Assembly (NCBI GenBank): GCA_022797935.1
Contig: JAAWLO010000004.1
Location: forward strand, 338 to 64,337
Reading direction: 5' to 3'
Source: Oscillibacter sp.
GTDB lineage: Bacteria > Bacillota > Clostridia > Oscillospirales > Oscillospiraceae
DNA: 64,000 bases
Program-made: the position numbers and the translations under genes
Notes under the pieces: model-generated
What the model saw: only the letters and a program-made list of their open reading frames with translations
Told to the model about the DNA's origin: nothing
Databases searched by the model: none
Shown here: positions 60,516 to 64,000 of the stretch, in pieces
Layout of the letters: every line of letters begins with the position of its first letter
Position numbering within the stretch: position 1 is the first letter of the stretch

Positions 60516-63215
60516 TCAGCGCAGAACGGCGTCCAGTTCGTTTTTCAGCAGTTCCAGAATGCCCGTCACGTCCTCGTCGGCCTCCTGGGCGGTGAGGCTG
60601 CGCTCGTCGGAGCGGAGTTCCAGACTGAAGGCCACGCTCTTTTTCCCATCGGGAATGCCCTTGCCGGTGTAGACGTCGAAGAGGCTGACGGCTTTCAGCA
60701 GGCCCTTGGCGCCCCGGCGGATGCAGTCCTCCAGGGTTCCCACAGGCAGGTTCCGGTCACAGACTAGGGCGATGTCCCGCGTGACGGCGGGAAAGCGGGG
60801 CAGGGGCTGGTAGATGGGTGCGCCAGCCATGCTCTGGAAGAGGGCGTCGAAGTGGAGCTCCGCAGCATAGAGCTCGCAGTCCACGTCATAATTGACGGCC
60901 ACGGAGGGATGAATCTGGCCCAAAACGCCCAGAAGACGGTCCCCGCTGTAAACCTTGGCGCAGCGGCCCGGGTGGTAGGAGGGATTTTCCCGCTCCGCCT
61001 CAAAGCGGACGTTTTCCGTGCGCAGGCCCTCCAGCACGGCTTCGACAGCGCCCTTCATCGCAAAGAAGTCCATGCCGCCGCCGTAGGCGCCCAGGGACAG
61101 CACCTTGGGTTCACTGGCCATGCCGGAGCCGTCGTTTTTGGCGAAGTAGGTCCGGCCCAGCTCGTAGAGCCGGACGGCCTTGTTCCGGTAGTGACTGTTT
61201 CTGGCCAGGATTTCCAGCATGGAGGGCAGGGTCGTGGTCCGCATGATGGAGCTGTCTTCTCCCAGGGGATTCAGAATCTTCATGGAGTCCCGGAGGGGAG
61301 AGTCCGCCGGGAGGTTGATTTTGTCGTAATAGGCGGGGCTGATGAAAGAGTAGGTGATGATTTCGCTGTAGCCCAGGCCCCGGCAAAGGGCTCCGGCGGT
61401 GTTCTCCGCCTGCTGGACGGGGTTCCAACCCCGGCGCGGGTTCAGGCCGGAGGAGAGGGTGTTGGGGATGTTGTTGTAGCCATAGAACCGGGCCACTTCC
61501 TCGGCCAGGTCCGCCATACCTTCCACGTCGCCCCGCCAGGAGGGGACCTTTATCATGCCCCGTTCTGCGGTGGTCTCAAAGCCCAGCCGCTGGAGAATGG
61601 TGTACATCACGTTCTCGGAAATGTCCGTGCCCAGCAGGGCGTTGATCTTGTCCGGCTCAATCTTCAGGACGGTAGGCTGAGGGACGTAGTTCAAAATATC
61701 TATGGCGCCGTCCACGACCTCACCGGCCCCCAGCAGCTCCACCAGCTCGCAGGCCCGGTTGACGGCGGGAAGGGTATTCAAGATATCCAGCCCCTTTTCG
61801 AACTTGGCGGAAGCCTCGGTCCGCATACCCAGAGCCAGGGCGGTTTTCCGGATGCAGGCCCCGTCGAAATTGGCGGACTCAAAGACCACGTCTATGGTGT
61901 CTTCCACAATCTCGCTGTTCAGTCCGCCCATGACGCCGGCGAGACCCACGGCCCGGGTATCGTCGGCTATGACCAGCATGTCCGGCGTCAGCTTCCGGAC
62001 GTTTCCGTCCAGGGTGGTGAGTTCTTCGTGCTCTTTCGCCCGGCGGACTACGATTTTTCCACCTTTCACGTAGCGGTAATCAAAGGCGTGCATGGGCTGG
62101 CCGTATTCCAGCATGACATAGTTGGTGATGTCCACAATGTTGTTGATGGGCCGGACGCCGCTGGCGCGGAGCCGTTCCCGCATCCATTTGGGGGAGGGGC
62201 CGATTTTCACGCCGCGCACCATCCGGGCGGTGTACCGGGGGCAGAGGTCCGGGTCCGGGGTCTCCACGTCCAGGAGGTCGGGGAGGGAGCCCTCCGCGCC
62301 GCCCTTTACCTCCGGCTGATGGAACCGGCAGGGTTTGTCAAAGGTGGCGGATACCTCCCGGGCCAGACCAATGACGCTGAGGCAGTCGGGCCGGTTGGGG
62401 GTGATTTCAAATTCCACCACGCGGTCATCCGCGCCGATGACAGGTCTGATATCATCACCGGGCTTGCAGTCCTCCCGGAGGACAAAGATGCCGTCGGGGA
62501 TGCAGTGGGGGAACTCCTTCTGTTCCGCATGAAGGTCTTCCAGGGTGCAGATACGGTCCGTCTTTTCGTTGTAGGCGACCATATCGCCCACATGAACATT
62601 ATCGCAGCGGATATCCGGGCAGACCGTGGCGTCCTTTACCATCATGCAGGTGTGATAGCTTCCGTCACCCAGAGGCATGCACTCCAGCACCTGGGCGGCA
62701 ACCACAGAGCCAAAAATCGGATGCCCTGGCTGGATATCGGCCGGAATGGAGGGCTTTTCCGGGTCAATGGGCTTGTAGTCGTTCAGCAGGGCAGCGGCGG
62801 TAATCACGCCGTAGGGGAAGTCCCGCTCGTCCAGGTTCAGCTCCTTCAAAGAGCAGAGCATACCGTTGGAGAGGATGCCCCGGAGCTTGCCCTTGGTAAT
62901 TTTTTTGCCGCCGGGGAGGGTGGAGTTGTGGAGGGCCACAGGTACCAGGTCCCCCTCGTGGATGTTCCAGGCCCCGGTGACAATCTGGACCGGTTCCTCC
63001 CGCCCCACGTCCAGCTGGCAGACCCACATGTGGTCGCTGTCGGGGTGGCGCTCCATCTTCTCAATGCGGCCGGCGACTACGTTCTGGATTTCCGCTCCCA
63101 GGTCCTCAGTGACCTCCACCTTGGAGCCGGAGATGGTCATGGCCTCGGCGAAGTCCCGGTCGTTTACGGACTCCACGTCAACAAATTCTTGTAACCATTT
63201 ACGGGATAATTTCAT
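60516..63215 (-). CDS. pheT: Phenylalanine--tRNA ligase beta subunit (899 aa, with insertion)
   Basis: MKLSRKWL, FEITPNRPDCLS, INNIVDITNYVMLEYGQPMHAFD and DLAEEVARFYGY motifs; FDX-ACB C-terminus. Confidence 0.96.
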   Translation of the reverse strand: MKLSRKWLQEFVDVESVNDRDFAEAMTISGSKVEVTEDLGAEIQNVVAGRIEKMERHPDSDHMWVCQLDVGREEPVQIVTGAWNIHEGDLVPVALHNSTLPGGKKITKGKLRGILSNGMLCSLKELNLDERDFPYGVITAAALLNDYKPIDPEKPSIPADIQPGHPIFGSVVAAQVLECMPLGDGSYHTCMMVKDATVCPDIRCDNVHVGDMVAYNEKTDRICTLEDLHAEQKEFPHCIPDGIFVLREDCKPGDDIRPVIGADDRVVEFEITPNRPDCLSVIGLAREVSATFDKPCRFHQPEVKGGAEGSLPDLLDVETPDPDLCPRYTARMVRGVKIGPSPKWMRERLRASGVRPINNIVDITNYVMLEYGQPMHAFDYRYVKGGKIVVRRAKEHEELTTLDGNVRKLTPDMLVIADDTRAVGLAGVMGGLNSEIVEDTIDVVFESANFDGACIRKTALALGMRTEASAKFEKGLDILNTLPAVNRACELVELLGAGEVVDGAIDILNYVPQPTVLKIEPDKINALLGTDISENVMYTILQRLGFETTAERGMIKVPSWRGDVEGMADLAEEVARFYGYNNIPNTLSSGLNPRRGWNPVQQAENTAGALCRGLGYSEIITYSFISPAYYDKINLPADSPLRDSMKILNPLGEDSSIMRTTTLPSMLEILARNSHYRNKAVRLYELGRTYFAKNDGSGMASEPKVLSLGAYGGGMDFFAMKGAVEAVLEGLRTENVRFEAERENPSYHPGRCAKVYSGDRLLGVLGQIHPSVAVNYDVDCELYAAELHFDALFQSMAGAPIYQPLPRFPAVTRDIALVCDRNLPVGTLEDCIRRGAKGLLKAVSLFDVYTGKGIPDGKKSVAFSLELRSDERSLTAQEADEDVTGILELLKNELDAVLR

Positions 63216-63249
63216 ATTCTTAACTCCTCTTTCCTGTGAAAGTGAGCGG

Positions 63250-63609
63250 TCAGTCCCACTCGATTTCTCCGCCGTTCTCCTGGACGAAGCGGCAGAGCGT
63301 TTCCGCATCCTCCGCCAGGGAGCGGATGATTTCCGCAAAGCGTTTGGCCTTTGCCTCGTTTTCCGGGGTCAGGGGCCAGTGGGCCGCGTACGTGTCCGCC
63401 TCCGGGTCTGGGTCCAGTCCCTCCAGAATATCCGGGGCGTTTTTCTCCAGGTAGTACCGGAGCAGGGCCTCCCAGTTGTAGCCGTTCATGTAGGCCTCCG
63501 GGCAGAGGGCGTACAGCTTTTCCCCCAGGGCCATCACCGTTTTGTCACTGGCCTGGAGCATAAGGCTCACGTTGTTTTTATAGGTGAACACCGATACATA
63601 ATCTTCCAT
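63250..63609 (-). CDS. Imm51-like immunity protein
   Basis: AYMNGYNWEAL...LDPDPEAD motif recalled for the Imm51 family; GGAG RBS. Confidence 0.65.
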   Translation of the reverse strand: MEDYVSVFTYKNNVSLMLQASDKTVMALGEKLYALCPEAYMNGYNWEALLRYYLEKNAPDILEGLDPDPEADTYAAHWPLTPENEAKAKRFAEIIRSLAEDAETLCRFVQENGGEIEWD

Positions 63610-63627
63610 GTCAAACTCTCCGTTTTG

Positions 63628-64000
63628 TCAGAACTGCTCCAGGAAGCGGATGTCGTTTTCGAAGATGAGCCGCATGTCGGAGATCTTGTACCGGCCCAGG
63701 GCCAGCCGTTCCAGGCCCATGCCGAAGGCGAAGCCGGAATACTCCTCCGGGTCAATGCCGCAGTTCCGCAGCACCTTGGGGTGAACCATGCCCGCGCCCA
63801 GAATTTCGATCCAGCCCTCGCCTTTGCAGGTGGGGCAGCCCTTGCCGCCGCACTTGTAGCACTGAATGTCCACCTCGCAGCTGGGTTCCGTGAAGGGGAA
63901 GTGGTGGGGCCGGAAGCGGGTAACGGTCTCGGGACCGTAAATCTCCCGGATAACCGCGTTCAGCGTTCCCTTCAGGTCTGCCATGGTGATGTTTTTATCC
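63628..64000 (-). CDS. pheS: Phenylalanine--tRNA ligase alpha subunit, 5'-truncated by the window edge
   Basis: [24 protein letters not shown] and [10 protein letters not shown] motifs. Confidence 0.96.
   Translation of the reverse strand, partial: DKNITMADLKGTLNAVIREIYGPETVTRFRPHHFPFTEPSCEVDIQCYKCGGKGCPTCKGEGWIEILGAGMVHPKVLRNCGIDPEEYSGFAFGMGLERLALGRYKISDMRLIFENDIRFLEQF

Overview
A high-GC Bacillota chromosomal window. It looks like a spore-forming Oscillospiraceae-type genome, inferred from spo0A, a spoIIQ-like gene, glgBCDAP, ireB, a T-box and sigma-A promoters. From left to right: (i) a small AT-rich array of two genes separated by a repeated ~220-bp spacer, with a MITE and an IS1-family remnant; (ii) T-box-thrS; (iii) the glycogen operon glgB-glgC-glgD-glgA-glgP; (iv) TauE, DUF3793, MATE, LysR, DUF4397 and dpaL; (v) an ascorbate-like sugar-acid locus (ulaG, ulaE, FGGY kinase, DeoR) with an Opp/Dpp-type ABC transporter instead of a PTS, plus an OCD-family enzyme, a PLP lyase and a beta-propeller protein; (vi) a metN-metI-ldh-metQ-glcD-like-cysK operon behind an unannotated Met-rich leader peptide and terminator; (vii) housekeeping and sporulation genes from spoIIQ-like to pheS. 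The best candidate for a new system is ribosome-mediated methionine attenuation of an operon that may salvage methionine 2-hydroxy analogues. Family assignments come from motif recognition by eye; no searches were run.
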